From the NCBI GenBank assembly GCA_010405405.1, contig MU004239.1, forward strand, positions 124,001 to 188,000: a stretch of 64,000 nucleotides of DNA, given 5' to 3'. Within the stretch, counting starts at the first letter, position 1; each line of letters opens with the position of its first letter. The stretch comes from Microthyrium microscopicum (lineage: Eukaryota). The notes beneath the pieces were generated by a model that was given only the letters and a program-made list of their open reading frames with translations, did not search any database and had not been told where the DNA came from. The translations under genes were made by a program, and so were the position numbers. Shown one piece after another: positions 49,293-61,494 of the stretch.

Positions 49293-50089
49293 TATCTACC
49301 TCTTTCAGCCGCTTCGTTAATGCCTCAACCTCATTGAGACTCGCAGTCCGCCATAGATGCTGCTTTCGAGATCTCGCCATCCCAGCCACATCCGCTGCGC
49401 CCAATAGCTCCTGGAGGGGAGACAACGGGACGTCAATACGACTCAAAGCTGTCGCCAACTCTCTTGATCCTTTCGGATCCAATAGACAGATACCGACATC
49501 TGCCCATAGCAGTGCACCAAGATCAGTCGTACTGTCGCCAACATATACCACACATTCGCCATCTTTTCTCAGCCTCTTTAATGCGAGTACCTTATCAGCA
49601 CTAACATGTAATCCTCCATTCCCACCGGAGGCCCCACCTAGAGCAATTTCATTCGCAACGACTTCCACCTCATCCGTCACCTCCCCCAAACACCCACCTA
49701 TGAACGCCGCACTCCAAGATACGCTCACCACAGCGACTCTGCTCCCCTCTCGACTGCGAAGAAGTCCACTTGAAGCATCTCTCAGTGTGACATGCCCCTC
49801 TTGCATAGCCTGAGCTCCGCCTGCTCGCATGTGTGCAACATCGAGGCGCGAAAAGCCCTTCTTGCCCCGCTGGAAGCTAGCAACCTCTATACCCTGCAAA
49901 CTATCCAGCCAAGCGCATTCCTGCTCAATGGACGTGCGCTTCTGCCACATGGTCACGGAAGTCAGCTATGTATGCTGCGACGATCGCGTCCCATTCAGGC
50001 TTGGAGAATGCAAGAGCACCAATGGAGGCGAGTGTGTCGCTGACTGTTAGGGTTGAGTCGAAATCGAGAGCGAGGAGGATGGCAGTCAT
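49282..50089 (-). pseudogene. HAD-superfamily hydrolase split by a frameshift
   Basis: Motif I (LDFDSTLT) lies in one frame; VVSVSWS, ANE and YVGDSTTDLGALL lie in the +1 frame. The junction near 49925-49950 has no room for an intron. Confidence 0.7.
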
Positions 50090-50502
50090 GTCGGTACGGA
50101 TAACGTTGAATGAACGTATTCCTAGTTGATTGAATAATTCCTCAAGTATGCCTAGAGATGATAACGTAGGGCTTGGAATAGGTGGTGGCCTTTTTGAATA
50201 CACTGTTGGGCTTGAGAGAGGTATATAATTATGTTGGAGATGTGTACAAAACTTCGTGAGCTCTATCACATGTGCTGTCAAGTACCATTTGTGCATTCTA
50301 TGATCACTACGACTATCCGATATCGGATACAAGCTGTCGTCGTGCGACTTCAAGTTCGCCAGTTGAGCTTCTCTGAAACCTCTCTTCGTAATCCTTTGCG
50401 CTGAACTTGCGCATGATACACTCTATCTTCCATGCTTGCGATCCACCACAGTTTGTAAGGGACATTGCTTTCAACACATGAACTAGCGATAAAAATGCTC
50501 CC

Positions 50503-51521
50503 TCAAGCCAGGTTTTCTACATCGTCAGAGTCTTCATCTCCCGAGCCCGTAGCCAAACTTGCTGTCTGTCCAATACTCGCATCACCTTGTTCTCGTAGCA
50601 CCTTGCGGTTGCTAGTGTTCTCGGCGATGCGTACCTTCACTCGACCACCCCAGCTTCCCACTTTACCGTGAATCTCGGAAACTGCTCGATCGGCCTCATC
50701 TTTTGTCGCAAGATCAATGTAGACAAAACGACGATTTGTTGGAGGTTTAATTGACTCCGGCTGCCAGGCAGGTGGATTGATGACCTTGGACACGGCCAGC
50801 AGCAAGAAATCATTGAAAAGCTCCTGCATCTCGGCGTCTACCGCTGCTTGCGGCTCGATACGGGGTAGAGCGCCGACCCAGATACGGCGGCCTTCTACGC
50901 ATGGTGTCTCCCAATGGGTGGAAGCATCGGTTCGTTCAAATGTATTGAATGTTGGTGTGTAGTTGGTCACTTTAACAGACCTTATATTAGCTTTGCTGTC
51001 TCTAACCTTTGCATAAGAGCTGTGGATTCGAACGACTTACCTTCCTTGACATACTCTCGTTTGTTTGAATGGCCTGTCCAGACTTGTGTTCTGCTTTGGA
51101 AAGTACGCTTGTTCTTTGCATGTTCGATATTTGGTCGTATCCGAACAGGTCGTCCAAGTATGTGCTTGCCATTGAGGATTGTCATTGCTCTCTCAGCTTC
51201 CATTGTAGTAGCAAAGTCTACAAATGCATAGCTCGGGTTGCGTCCGGTGAATGGGTCGATGCTCATTGTCATGTTGTTGATTTGGAAACCATTGTCGGAG
51301 AAGAAGGATTCGATTTGTGCGCGCTGGACGGTGTATAGCAAGTTTCCGACGTATAGCCGTGTCGAATTTGAAGTGGCTTTGAATTGTCGATTGTCCAGCA
51401 TATCATCTTGAGTGTATCGGGGTTGCGTAATAGGAGCTGTTGGAGTCGTATCCTTTGTTCGCCAATTGGAAGAAGCTCGAGATCTCAAGAAACTATCCGA
51501 CGCAGGCTTTGTATTTTCCAT
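50503..51521 (-). CDS. RNA-binding protein with two RRM domains
   Basis: RLYVGNL..NPSYAFVDF and RIWVGALP..FVYIDL. Intron about 50970-51040. Confidence 0.9.
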
Positions 51522-52121
51522 TACTGCGATCGAGAAATTGTCTCAGCTTTCGGAAGGATGTGAATTGGCAATATGATTGTGGTGGATGGCTTAGAGAGGC
51601 TGAGGGGTTTTGCAGAGCCACAGCTTTTACGATGTGATATGCTTCAAACCGGAAGGTGCAGATTTGGCAAGCTTGGGAAACGGAAGGTAGCAGACGAGTT
51701 TGAGGTCCTGCTTGCTCACGCCCTAAAGCGGACTTAGAGGACGCTGAGGTGACTGAGGTTAAAGAACTCCATTTTCTTTGTGCATATTTGCAAACCCAGT
51801 ACCTCAGAAGGCAACCGCGCCGCAGATGCCAATTTAGTAGTAGTAAAGTTCTTTGCATAATCGTTAATTGAATGTAAGGGTACTAGCTAACGACAGAGAT
51901 ATCGAGTGTTGTGATCCCATCCACTGCGACGATTACCATTTGCCGCGCCTTAACATCGAGTGCTTTCATTTCCTATAGAGGGCGTTCAGGTTCAAAGAGA
52001 AACGACGAATTGACTCAGTTTGAAGATCGTAAGGCTCTCTGATCGATTGCGAAGCTTTCAACCTGTTCATCTGTAACTTTCAATCTCCCATGCCACGAAC
52101 CTCATAGAGATACCACCTCCT

Positions 52122-52803
52122 TCACCACGTATGAATAACCGCTTTGCCCTCCGGAAAGCATTCCACTCCGTCCCCATTGGGATTATCATCGCAGGACTTG
52201 CACACATGATCCAGTGCCAGATTTCGCCCTGCTTGACAGAAGAAGACGGCATTATCTAGCAACATATTATACTGATTGTCAGTCATGTCTTTCTTAAAGA
52301 TGGCGTCGACACTGCCATATCCCCACATCTTCCAGTCACGCTCGAAGACAGCGCTGAGAGTCTCAAAGTTCTGGTTTCCGATGGACGCTCCACCCGAGCC
52401 CCATTCACCTGGAAGTGATATTAATAAGAGACATCTTGGACCGTTGCAGCGAAAAAACAAACGGTAAACCAACTACGGCGCACTCCCATCATCTACAGTG
52501 TCTCCTGTTGCGCTTCATGACGAAACCATGCCTCAAGTCCCCGCATAGTCGATGGATAGTGGAGGCTTTTGAAAATCTCACAGGAATAAAGCACTCGGAA
52601 GTAAAACGAGGTAGATGGGAGACTTGATATGAAGCGCGCCATAGATTTTGTCGACTGGTTGCAACGCGTAGGGATCACTTACGAAGTTGCCATCCGCAGT
52701 AACGTTTGTTTACTGGGCAGCTGTTGGATGTCCATGCTTGAGCTATAGTCTGGAGAGGCGCCACAGCTATGGCGCAGACAGTGGAGAGGATGAATAGCTT
52801 CAT
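52122..52803 (-). CDS. Small secreted Cys-rich protein (effector-like); exon structure uncertain
   Basis: Signal peptide MKLFILSTVCAIAVA, then SCPVNKRYCGWQL followed by a GTAAGT donor. Last exon contains DNAVFFCQ..VCKSC..EC. Confidence 0.6.
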
Positions 52804-53093
52804 TTCGGGATATCTCAGATAGTTGAAGTGTTTCTTTGCGGTAGATTCGGAAGTGTCGGCTTGAACTGGGCTTCCTGACGATGAAGTTTGACAAAGGAGT
52901 TGGACAAAACATGACGAAAGAGGAATACCTCTGATATTATTGCGTGTGAGGTGCGTGTGTAAGACGACCAAGTGCCACCGCTCTATATTGATACTATAAG
53001 GTCCCCATGAAGTCGCAAAAAGGGGTATCACAAACCAATTGTGCCATTGTTACTCACAGAAATTGTTCCCTGCCAGGAACCATTACTCCAGAA

Positions 53094-54806
53094 CTATACG
53101 TCTCGCGAAACCGTAACTCGTACTCCAACAGCACCCCTCCGCGGCGCAGGATTGAAATAATCTCTGTCCACCCGAACTTCATCCTCAACCGTCTCAAACA
53201 ACGCCACATCTACGCCGCCCAGATGCGTGCGTCTAAATAGCCCGGCGAGTACCATGTATAGCTCTGCCCAAGCAAGGTTCGTGCCCAAACAGGAGCGTGT
53301 GCCGCGCGAAAATGGTACGAAGAATTTGCGGTTTGCTGTTGGGTTCTCTGCGCCATCTTCTTGCAGCCAGCGCTCAGGGAGAAACGCCAACGGATTGGAG
53401 AACAATTCCGCATCGTCGTGGAGAAACATGTGCGTCATGCTTACCGGTGTGCCTTTCGGTATGAACTGGCCGGTTGGCAGTTGCAGCTCAGTATCTGGCG
53501 CGATGCGTGGCAGACGCGAAGATACGCCATAGGAGAGGCGGAGACCTTCGTAGATTACTGCTGTGAGGAATGGGAGTTGAGAGAGTTGAGACCAGGTTGG
53601 AGTCGGATTGTCGTTATAGAAGCAAGTCAGCTCAGTCCGCAGCCGAGAGAGATAAGGGGGGTTTGCGAGCAAGAAATACACAGTATTCGACAGCGTTTGT
53701 GCAGTCGTCACTGTGCCCGCTCCCAAGAGTGTGATGCCTTCATCCGTGAGGCGGTTGATTGATAGTTCGTGGTCTGACAAGGCTGTGTTCGTGGTCATCA
53801 GTGACTGCATGACTGAGCCAGATACATCGCCCTTCGAAGCTTGATGTCTAGACGCTTTCGTTTTAGCATCAATGATAGCGTTTTGGGTAGTTCGTCTAAT
53901 CCAAAAGAGATACTTCAACGGCCGACTAAAGCACGCCGCGATAGCTCGTATGATAGCTCCCAGCCTGCTCATAACGAGTGGGAACACCCAACCAACTTGT
54001 TTCATTAGATGGGTGCTACGGCTCAGCTCCGTCATGATCCGTCTCAACTCCGGCGCGAAATCTTTCTGAGAGAGAAACGCGTATTCGGCGCCAAATACAT
54101 AGCTTCCAATTACATCCGCGGAAAACGCAGTGAATACATCGCTCAAATTGAAAACCTGACCATCATGTCTTTTTCCTTCGTGCTCGTGTGATGTATGCTC
54201 TTTCAATCTCGAGCATAACAATTCCACCTTCTCCTGAATAAGCGGCTCTAGTTTAGTAACACTCGCTTTCGAGAAATACGGATTCAACGCCGCTTTCCTC
54301 GCATGATGCAACGCATGATCCGTCGTGCCTACGATCGCGTCTGACGTCCTAGAAAACACATCAACAACCTCCCTTTCCAGTGCTCAACGAGACAAGAAGT
54401 TGCCGGCTTACCCAAACATCCGCGCACTCCAATGCCACTTATCCGTTCGTCTCGTGGGCCCGGTGTACAAAGTGTGATAGAACGCTGGATCATTGACATG
54501 CAGTTCACTCGGATTGATCCTCACGACCGGACCTATGTCGTAAACATGTTAACCAGGGGATACGCTGATGGAGATATTGGTGATCAGTGTACCATATTTC
54601 TCATGCATATCCCTTACCCGCCAAACGTATCTCCCATCCCTGACAACATCGAACCATCCTTCGTACCAGAATGTTAGTGCGGCGAGCTTGGGACCTGGGA
54701 AATGGCGGATTGGACTAAAGAAGAGGCGGTAGATTGACACAATGACAGCGTATGAGATGATAAGAGCGAGGAAGATGTAGATGGTTGGGAGATTGAAGCC
54801 TAGCAT
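53094..54806 (-). CDS. Cytochrome P450 monooxygenase
   Basis: N-terminal TM, PGPKLAA, AGTVTT, EGLR, PERW and heme motif [10 protein letters not shown]. Two introns. Confidence 0.97.
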
Positions 54807-55558
54807 GGCGCGACTGAAAGGAGCATCGAAAAAAGGAGCATTGACTGAAAAAGGCGATGGAATCTTATTTCGTAGTACAGTATTTCCCAGCTTTTGCTCG
54901 CGTTATGGAAGTACTTTCAGCATTATTCAAACCGGAAAGAAACAAAGCCAAAGACAAATGTTTGGACTGCAATAAATGTCTTGAGAAATACATCATGTCA
55001 TCTTTCAGCGTCCAACTTCCCTATCAGTGATGCTGGGCTGTGGAGCCTCAATCCCTCATCCGGCGGCCCCGGAAAACGGCCCCACAGCAGCCATGGCTTT
55101 GTCTCGTTTGCAAAGATTTGCGTCACAGGAAAGTAGGCCGTTTGCGTAGCAGGCCAATGAATGATTTGCGCGCAATCTTTGCATCATTGATTCTCGCAAT
55201 CTGGTGTGACAAAAAAAATTCAATTAGAATGCCATTCATGAAGAAAGCAACATGGGAAAGTATTCAGGGGGTTGAGAATGGCATGTGATGCAAGGGTGCA
55301 TCGCTGGCATGTGAAAGTCAAGATCTCATCAAGCTAAAATCGATAGGGAGCAAAACAACAATAACATTCATAGCATCGGGAAGCGCAGGTATTAGACATC
55401 TCAAATATCTATTGATTGGAATTCAACATTACAATAAGAACCCCGTCTTTAAGAAGGGGTCTACATATCCGATCAACCCCATTCAGTCCAATGCATTGTG
55501 TAACGCCGGATAATGCGTATCTGTACAAACAACCTGTACTTGCTCTACTATAGAGAAT

Positions 55559-57184
55559 CTATTCATCATCTCCGCCCGCAAACTCAACCATAACAGAAGC
55601 ATTCTTCAAGCCAGCATCACCGATCGTCTCATCCAGCGAGTTGATAAGATTCTTGCCCATAAGCATCAAGTCAAACTCGAGTCCTGCCTTGCCGTCTAGT
55701 GGCTCTGCCTTGAGCCATTCGTAGATGCGCCGCACTGGATCATCCACCGAGAAGCGACGAACTGTCCGACCACCAGAGTAGCGGAATTGAATGCGCGTAG
55801 TCGTAGAAGGATCGCTGGGCTCGGTGTGTGGCTGATCAGATGGGATGGCTGCGAATGGCGACTGTAACTCTGTGCCATTGGCAGATGCTTTGCCTTTGTC
55901 GATAGTGATGGACTTTGTAAGCTCGTCCGGATCTTCATGAGCTGGACCACTGGCGTTAGCCGCAAGGCTGTTCTGCATAGCCATCTCCAGCATTTGATCT
56001 TCTGTCATGCGTCCAATATCCACATCCTTGCGCTCCGGCTTACGCTTCGCAATAGGATTTCGCGAATCCACATCAAGACTATAACGATCTAGGAACTCGT
56101 AGAGCTGCATCAGGAAATCGGGCTTCTTAGGCGCCGGCGGACCTGACCAGACCTTGACTTGTTCACCAGTCCGAGGATCTACTATCGCAATATGAGGGAA
56201 TGCATTCTGGTCATTCCGATTGTTTGCGAGGTAGTACTGGATGTAGCCAGCTCCTCGGGGGTCGTCGTTGGCGTATTGTAGAAAGATGAAGTTCTCCTTA
56301 ATCATTTCGGCAACATCCTTGTCTTTCCAGAGATCGCGGTTGAGCACTTGGCAATCGAAAACTGACGGGTCTTGTACATTGACGAGAATCCACTTTTGCT
56401 TTTCTTTGCCTTCATCACGTGCGTCTTCAAATGCTAATCGCGACATGAGCTCGAAGGGAGGTCGGAACATTTCTGCCAGTGTTTGGGCGCGTGCTGAGCG
56501 CTCGGAAGCGCCGCCGGTAACGTAGGAAAGGTTTTGGGCGCGTTCGGCAGGATTAGTCGAGTCATCAACCCAAACGGAAGATTGTGTATCGCGCTGGTTG
56601 AAAATACCAACATTACGTCCTAGAATATGTTAGCAGCAGTTATAGTACTAAAAAGGGAAACACTTACGACCAGCACCGTCTCCCTGTTGGCGCCGAAGCT
56701 GTCGCTGTATCATAGCTGACACGGCGTCGTCATCGTAATCATCACCACCGACAAGGGTTTCCCGAGTTCGTTCTATTGGGGCGCGCACACTATCTGGATC
56801 GCGACCGCCACCAGAATACATCTCTTCTTGTAAGCGTCGTGCGATTTCAGCATCGTCTGCGGTGGCGGGAGCGGGGTTCTCGCCAAGGTATTCGACGTCG
56901 TCCATGGTGTCGTCTTCATCCAGGTCATCTTCATCCGAGTCGATCTGAATTACGCCTGATGCATCTTGGTTGTAATTTCGTCGTGCAGGCGCTGAGGCGG
57001 CAGGTGCGACAGGATGTGAGGTATTTAGAGGGGCGGTAGATGGTTCGGAGACAAGAGTAGGATTGTCCAAGAATAGAGTAACAGCGGCCTCTACATTGCC
57101 ATCGCTCATGCGGAGGTATTGCTCAGCTTGTGAAGTAGACGCGCCGGTAAAGGTGATAAATTGGGAGAGGTTTTCGTCATCCAT
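55559..57184 (-). CDS. UBX5: UBX domain protein (UBA-UAS-UBX, Ubx5/UBXN7 type)
   Basis: N-terminal UBA-like region, MFRPP..FDCQVLNRDLW..FPHIAIVDPRTGE, UIM-like TEDQMLEMAMQNSL and C-terminal UBX. One intron. Confidence 0.88.
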
Positions 57185-57887
57185 GATGAGGGTGTGGCGG
57201 GGTTTGAATAGCGGTTCTTTGTGGAGGGAGGGCGTTTGAAGGGCTGATGGGTAGGAATTTGTTGAGGGAATGGAAGCGAAGTTGAGGGTTTAAGAGAAGG
57301 CAACAGGTCGCGGAGAGGGCAGTTGTTAAGTAGGAGGTTCAGTTCAGCGCAGTGATGTAGCGTGGTGACTTGGCGGCCAACTTTGGAGGTGGTGCTGCAG
57401 TGACCGCGGCGTTTGTAGGTGGGAGACGGAAATGGTAGAGAGAGGACTAGTCAGCAGGACCCATAGCGATGCGAGAGGAGTGAAAGAGCTTGGTTGGTGT
57501 TGCTGGCAGGTAGGAGGAGTTGTTGGGTGTTTGTAGTGTGTAAGGTGTTGGATATCAAGCAGCTCATTCTGGATATAAGGTAGCAAAGGGACAAGGTTTC
57601 GAGGCCGCGGCTGCGCTTGCCCATTGCCGCGTTTTTGAGGCAGTGTATCAATGTTTTTCCGACCCGGTCATGACGCAGCCAGCAGTACCTAGATTCACAG
57701 GGATATCCTTGTACCAAACCACTCAGAGCCTCATCTCCCCCAATCAAAGTCTATATCCCTTTTAGGAAGGCGTGATAGCTTTCTGACTTCTCAACTTGGT
57801 GCTTTCCTTTCTCCTTTCTTCACCTTGACGCCTATCCTTTTTCTTAGCATCTCGGTCTGTACAGTACGCAACCCTACCGAAGTCATC

Positions 57888-58457
57888 ATGGCAATTCTCT
57901 CAGCCTTCACCATGATTCGCAGTCTGGCCATTGTCCATATCACTCTGGCCTACTTCATCTTCACGTCTCCTCAAATGCTGGCCGACCAAAACATCGTCGT
58001 TCTACTTGGGGAAGCAATGCATCTAGTACGCTCCTCCCTGACTTGCCTCCGACCGTAATCCCTTTGTCTAACCGTCTTGTAGCCCCGCGTATCCGGCTTC
58101 AACAAAACAAGTCCTGCCACTGCCATGCTCGCTGTCGTCTTCGCACTACTTGGTCTATCCGACCTGACATCTGCTGCCCTCTCCGATCATATCGCCTATG
58201 AATACTGGCTCTCCCAAACCCCCATTCGCCTCCTATTCCTCTTTGGTCTCACGTCCTATACATACGTCTCCAAGCCAGCATCCGCCATGCCATTCGGAAC
58301 TAGCAAATTCTACCAAACACCTGCTGGGGATAACTTAAAGAATGGGCTAGTCTTTACTTGGTCCTTTCTGGAGATGGTGTTCTGGTTCATGGTCTTTTTG
58401 GCGCTACGGGAGGAGCGAAAATCATTATCTCGACGCAAGGTCAACCCCTCATCGTGA
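57888..58457 (+). CDS. ILM1: Ilm1-family membrane protein
   Basis: HITLAY..ADQNIVVLLGEAM, YWLSQTPIRL and LKNGLVFTWSFLE..FWF...LREER. Intron 58027-58082. Confidence 0.82.
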
Positions 58458-58596
58458 ACTCGAACGAAAGAAATTTCCTTTTCAATTTGTTTTTGCAAAG
58501 TGGGACGCGTTATATTTATTGCCAGAGATTTTGCCAGAGATTATACAAAGACTCTACCAAAGTCGCTTCCATATTTACATCTCAAGCATCTCCTCC

Positions 58597-59043
58597 CTAT
58601 GGCAATTTTCCGAAAGCGCTCATAGGATTCAACTCAACACTGTATCCATCCGGATCCTTAACAAACGCCGTCGGCAATGTAACATTTCGGATCTTCAGAC
58701 TACCCGGTTCGTTGATTACTCTCGCGCCAGCTTCCTTCATCTTCGACATGGTCGCCGTCATATCATCCACGTAGAAGACCAATTTGACTGGCAGATCTGT
58801 GGTGGTCTTGGGTGATTTGTATTTCATGAGGACCAATGCTGGACCAGTGCCGGAGCCAGGAATTGTCATGATTGTTTCGTTGAATTCGGAGGTAACGAGG
58901 ACTTGGCCCGCTGCTTTGAGACCAAGACTCTTTTCGTAGAAGGCTTGCGATTTGGCCATGTCGGAGACTGCGACACCGACTGCGCCGAAGCGGGCTGCCA
59001 TTGCGGTGGGCACCAGCAGGAGGAGGGCTTTGAAAGACAGCAT
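58597..59043 (-). CDS. Glyoxalase/VOC-family protein with signal peptide
   Basis: VAVSDMAKSQAFYEKSLGL and AFVKDPDGYSVEL; hydrophobic N-terminus. Confidence 0.88.
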   Translation of the reverse strand: MLSFKALLLLVPTAMAARFGAVGVAVSDMAKSQAFYEKSLGLKAAGQVLVTSEFNETIMTIPGSGTGPALVLMKYKSPKTTTDLPVKLVFYVDDMTATMSKMKEAGARVINEPGSLKIRNVTLPTAFVKDPDGYSVELNPMSAFGKLP

Positions 59044-59676
59044 CGTGGTGTTGAAAATTGTCTTGTCCTGGGAAAATGTCGAAAACTGGGTTCTTGATGG
59101 ACACGATTTGCAAAATGTAGCGCAACTCGTATATAAGTAATGATTAGAATCTCTAGCGAGAGTAGCTCATAATATCTATGTCTTATAAACTTGTAATATT
59201 TGTTAATTGGCCGCCGGGCCCGTGCAAATGGTTTTTATAGTTGACGTTCCTATTGCCCTCCGCGGCTAGCGTTACGATTTTGTCGTTTGGTGACTATTGG
59301 CGTAGGAACAATCATTTATACTTATTTCAAGAATTCAAGTGCCTAGCCTTGTTAATCTATAAGCGAATCTATGCAAAGGTGGAACGCTTTGCAATATCGA
59401 GGTCTGGTTACAATATCACTCCAGACAACAGTCAGTCTAAGAACTCAGCAAGAAGTTCGTACTCTATAGCATATAACACTTCGCATATCACGTCTCTGGT
59501 AGTTTCATACAACCGTTCAAGAACCAGTGGTGAATCAAGAAAAGAGAACTTCATAGAAAGAAAGCGCAACTAAATTCTAGACAACAATAGTGAAATATTA
59601 GATGTAACAAAACTTATTCCCTTCCTTTCATACCCCGTCCGTTCCAATTCCCTTACTGAAAAATTACTGTCAATCT

Positions 59677-61494
59677 TTATGCCTCGCTCCCATCCTCAAA
59701 GTATGGCTGGAAGCTGCGAGTTCGCGGTCGCCCAACTTTTCCCGCCGCCCTCGTTGCCCGCGTTTTCTTAGCAGCCTTCTTCGCCGGCGCCTTCTTCTTG
59801 GTTACACCTGCGCGCCTCTTTAGCCCTCTAGGAGGAAAGCCTTCTCTCGGGAGCATGGCACCAGCTCTACCTGACCTCAACTCCTCCCGACGGTCGAAGT
59901 CGTCTCTAGAAGGAAAGCCTTCTCTTGGGAGCATGACAATAGCTCTACCTGACCTCACCTCCTCCTGAACGTCGAACTCATCTGAGTCGTCTCTAGGAGG
60001 AAAGCCTTCTCTTGGGGCCATGGCAATAGCCCTACCTGCCCTCACCTCCTCCTGAACGTCGAACTCATCTGAGTCGTCTCTAGGAGGAAAGCCTCCTCTT
60101 GGGGCCATGGCAATAGCTCTACCTGATCTCACCTCCTCCTGAACGTCGAACTCATCTGGATAAGCTTGATACCCAGGACAATTATGCGCAGAAAGATCAT
60201 AGTATGGCTCGGGACTGCGACACGCCTGGTACTCTGGGCTGTCTGGTGCATATGGAGATCGCGCACACCCTGGGCTCTCTGGTGCATATGGAGAACGCGA
60301 ACACACTGGGCCACCGGCAATGTCATGGACAGTGCTCTGACGACCGCGACTGGCTGGGTAGGGTTCGTATCCGGACCCGTATGCTAGTGCTGGTGCATGG
60401 ATTACCTCATTGTTTAGTTTGTTTGACGGCGGCCAGAATGTATTTGGAGGCTGATAGCCTGTGGTTGAAACCTGATAGAATGGCTGTACAGCAGGCGACG
60501 CGGTCTGCGGAATACGCTGTTTGCCTTTCTGCCCAAGGTTCCGTTGGATCCTTCTAGAGGCAGGTGAAGTCGTCAACCAGCTAGGAAATCCAGTGGGTGG
60601 GTTAAGCCAGTCATATGGCGCGCTTGTTCCACTCGCACGGCTTTTGCTGCTTTGAGTGCTTTTGCTTCCTGAGCGGGCGCCCGTCCAGCCTGGAGGCGCA
60701 CCGCTGATTCTATTAATGGAGCTCTGAATCTGCAGTCTCAATGGGAGTAAGTTCAAAAAGTCTTTGAGTGGCGTTCCTGGAGCCTTGATAGTCCCAAGCT
60801 TTCGCAGGAGTTTGGCTTCAAAGTCGGGATAATCCTGTTGATGTGTGTCAACGAGTTGAATAAGCACGGCGCCAAGTCTCTCTTTGATGTAGCTGCTGAT
60901 GTACGGATGCGGCAGGAGGTTGTAGACGAGGAATCTATTGAGACTTGCGCGGAGCCTGTCATGGATCACGTAGTCTCCAGGTGGAGGTTCAAACTTTTCA
61001 AATAGCGAGTTAGCCCATTCGCCTTGTGGATGTGCCCAGTTGTCAAGACCGTAATCGTAATGAGGTGGTGAGGGTACGAGGCCAAATAGTTGTTCTCCCT
61101 CAGACGCTGCGAGTCTCTTTGCTCTCTCAGCCACAACCTGACGCAGAGGTTTGTCAGAGGAGCTCGTGGACGGCGGGTCTGCAAAAGTAGCCTTCTTAGG
61201 ACTCTTCTGCGCAGCAGACCTAGTGATGCGTGGTTTTGGGTGAGAGCTGAAGTCAGGGTGTCTCTCGGCCACGATCTGCCACAGAGGTTTGTCTAAGGAG
61301 CTTGTGGCCGGTGGGTTCGCAAAAGTAGCCTTCTTAGGACTCCTCTTTGCAACAGGTTTGGTGACTTTGCTGGCCGGGCTGGTAGGAGCTTTATTAGTCG
61401 GCGTGGCACTTTTCACCACCTTGGTCGCTTTTTTCTTTGGCGACAAGGAGCGAGCTGGAGAGGCAAGTGCCTTCTTTGATCGAGTGACGGCCAT
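59677..61494 (-). CDS. Low-complexity repeat-containing hypothetical protein (605 aa)
   Basis: Intact intronless ORF with basic ends and internal tandem repeats. Confidence 0.8.
   Translation of the reverse strand: MAVTRSKKALASPARSLSPKKKATKVVKSATPTNKAPTSPASKVTKPVAKRSPKKATFANPPATSSLDKPLWQIVAERHPDFSSHPKPRITRSAAQKSPKKATFADPPSTSSSDKPLRQVVAERAKRLAASEGEQLFGLVPSPPHYDYGLDNWAHPQGEWANSLFEKFEPPPGDYVIHDRLRASLNRFLVYNLLPHPYISSYIKERLGAVLIQLVDTHQQDYPDFEAKLLRKLGTIKAPGTPLKDFLNLLPLRLQIQSSINRISGAPPGWTGARSGSKSTQSSKSRASGTSAPYDWLNPPTGFPSWLTTSPASRRIQRNLGQKGKQRIPQTASPAVQPFYQVSTTGYQPPNTFWPPSNKLNNEVIHAPALAYGSGYEPYPASRGRQSTVHDIAGGPVCSRSPYAPESPGCARSPYAPDSPEYQACRSPEPYYDLSAHNCPGYQAYPDEFDVQEEVRSGRAIAMAPRGGFPPRDDSDEFDVQEEVRAGRAIAMAPREGFPPRDDSDEFDVQEEVRSGRAIVMLPREGFPSRDDFDRREELRSGRAGAMLPREGFPPRGLKRRAGVTKKKAPAKKAAKKTRATRAAGKVGRPRTRSFQPYFEDGSEA
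59827..60157 (-). repeat. 87-bp coding tandem repeat x~4 (DEFDVQEEVRSGRAIAMAPRxGFPPRDDS)
   Basis: TCTAGxAGGAAAGCCT at 59827, 59905, 59992 and 60079. Confidence 0.95.

Noticed and set aside
55437..55461. Small hairpin AGAACCCC..GGGGTCT
   Set aside because: Short, imperfect stem; intrinsic terminators are not expected in fungi.
52122..59043. Secondary-metabolite cluster around the P450
   Set aside because: No PKS, NRPS, terpene synthase or cluster regulator; neighbours are housekeeping genes.
59827..60157. CRISPR-like periodicity
   Set aside because: Whole-unit in-frame coding repeats without unique spacers, in a eukaryotic context.
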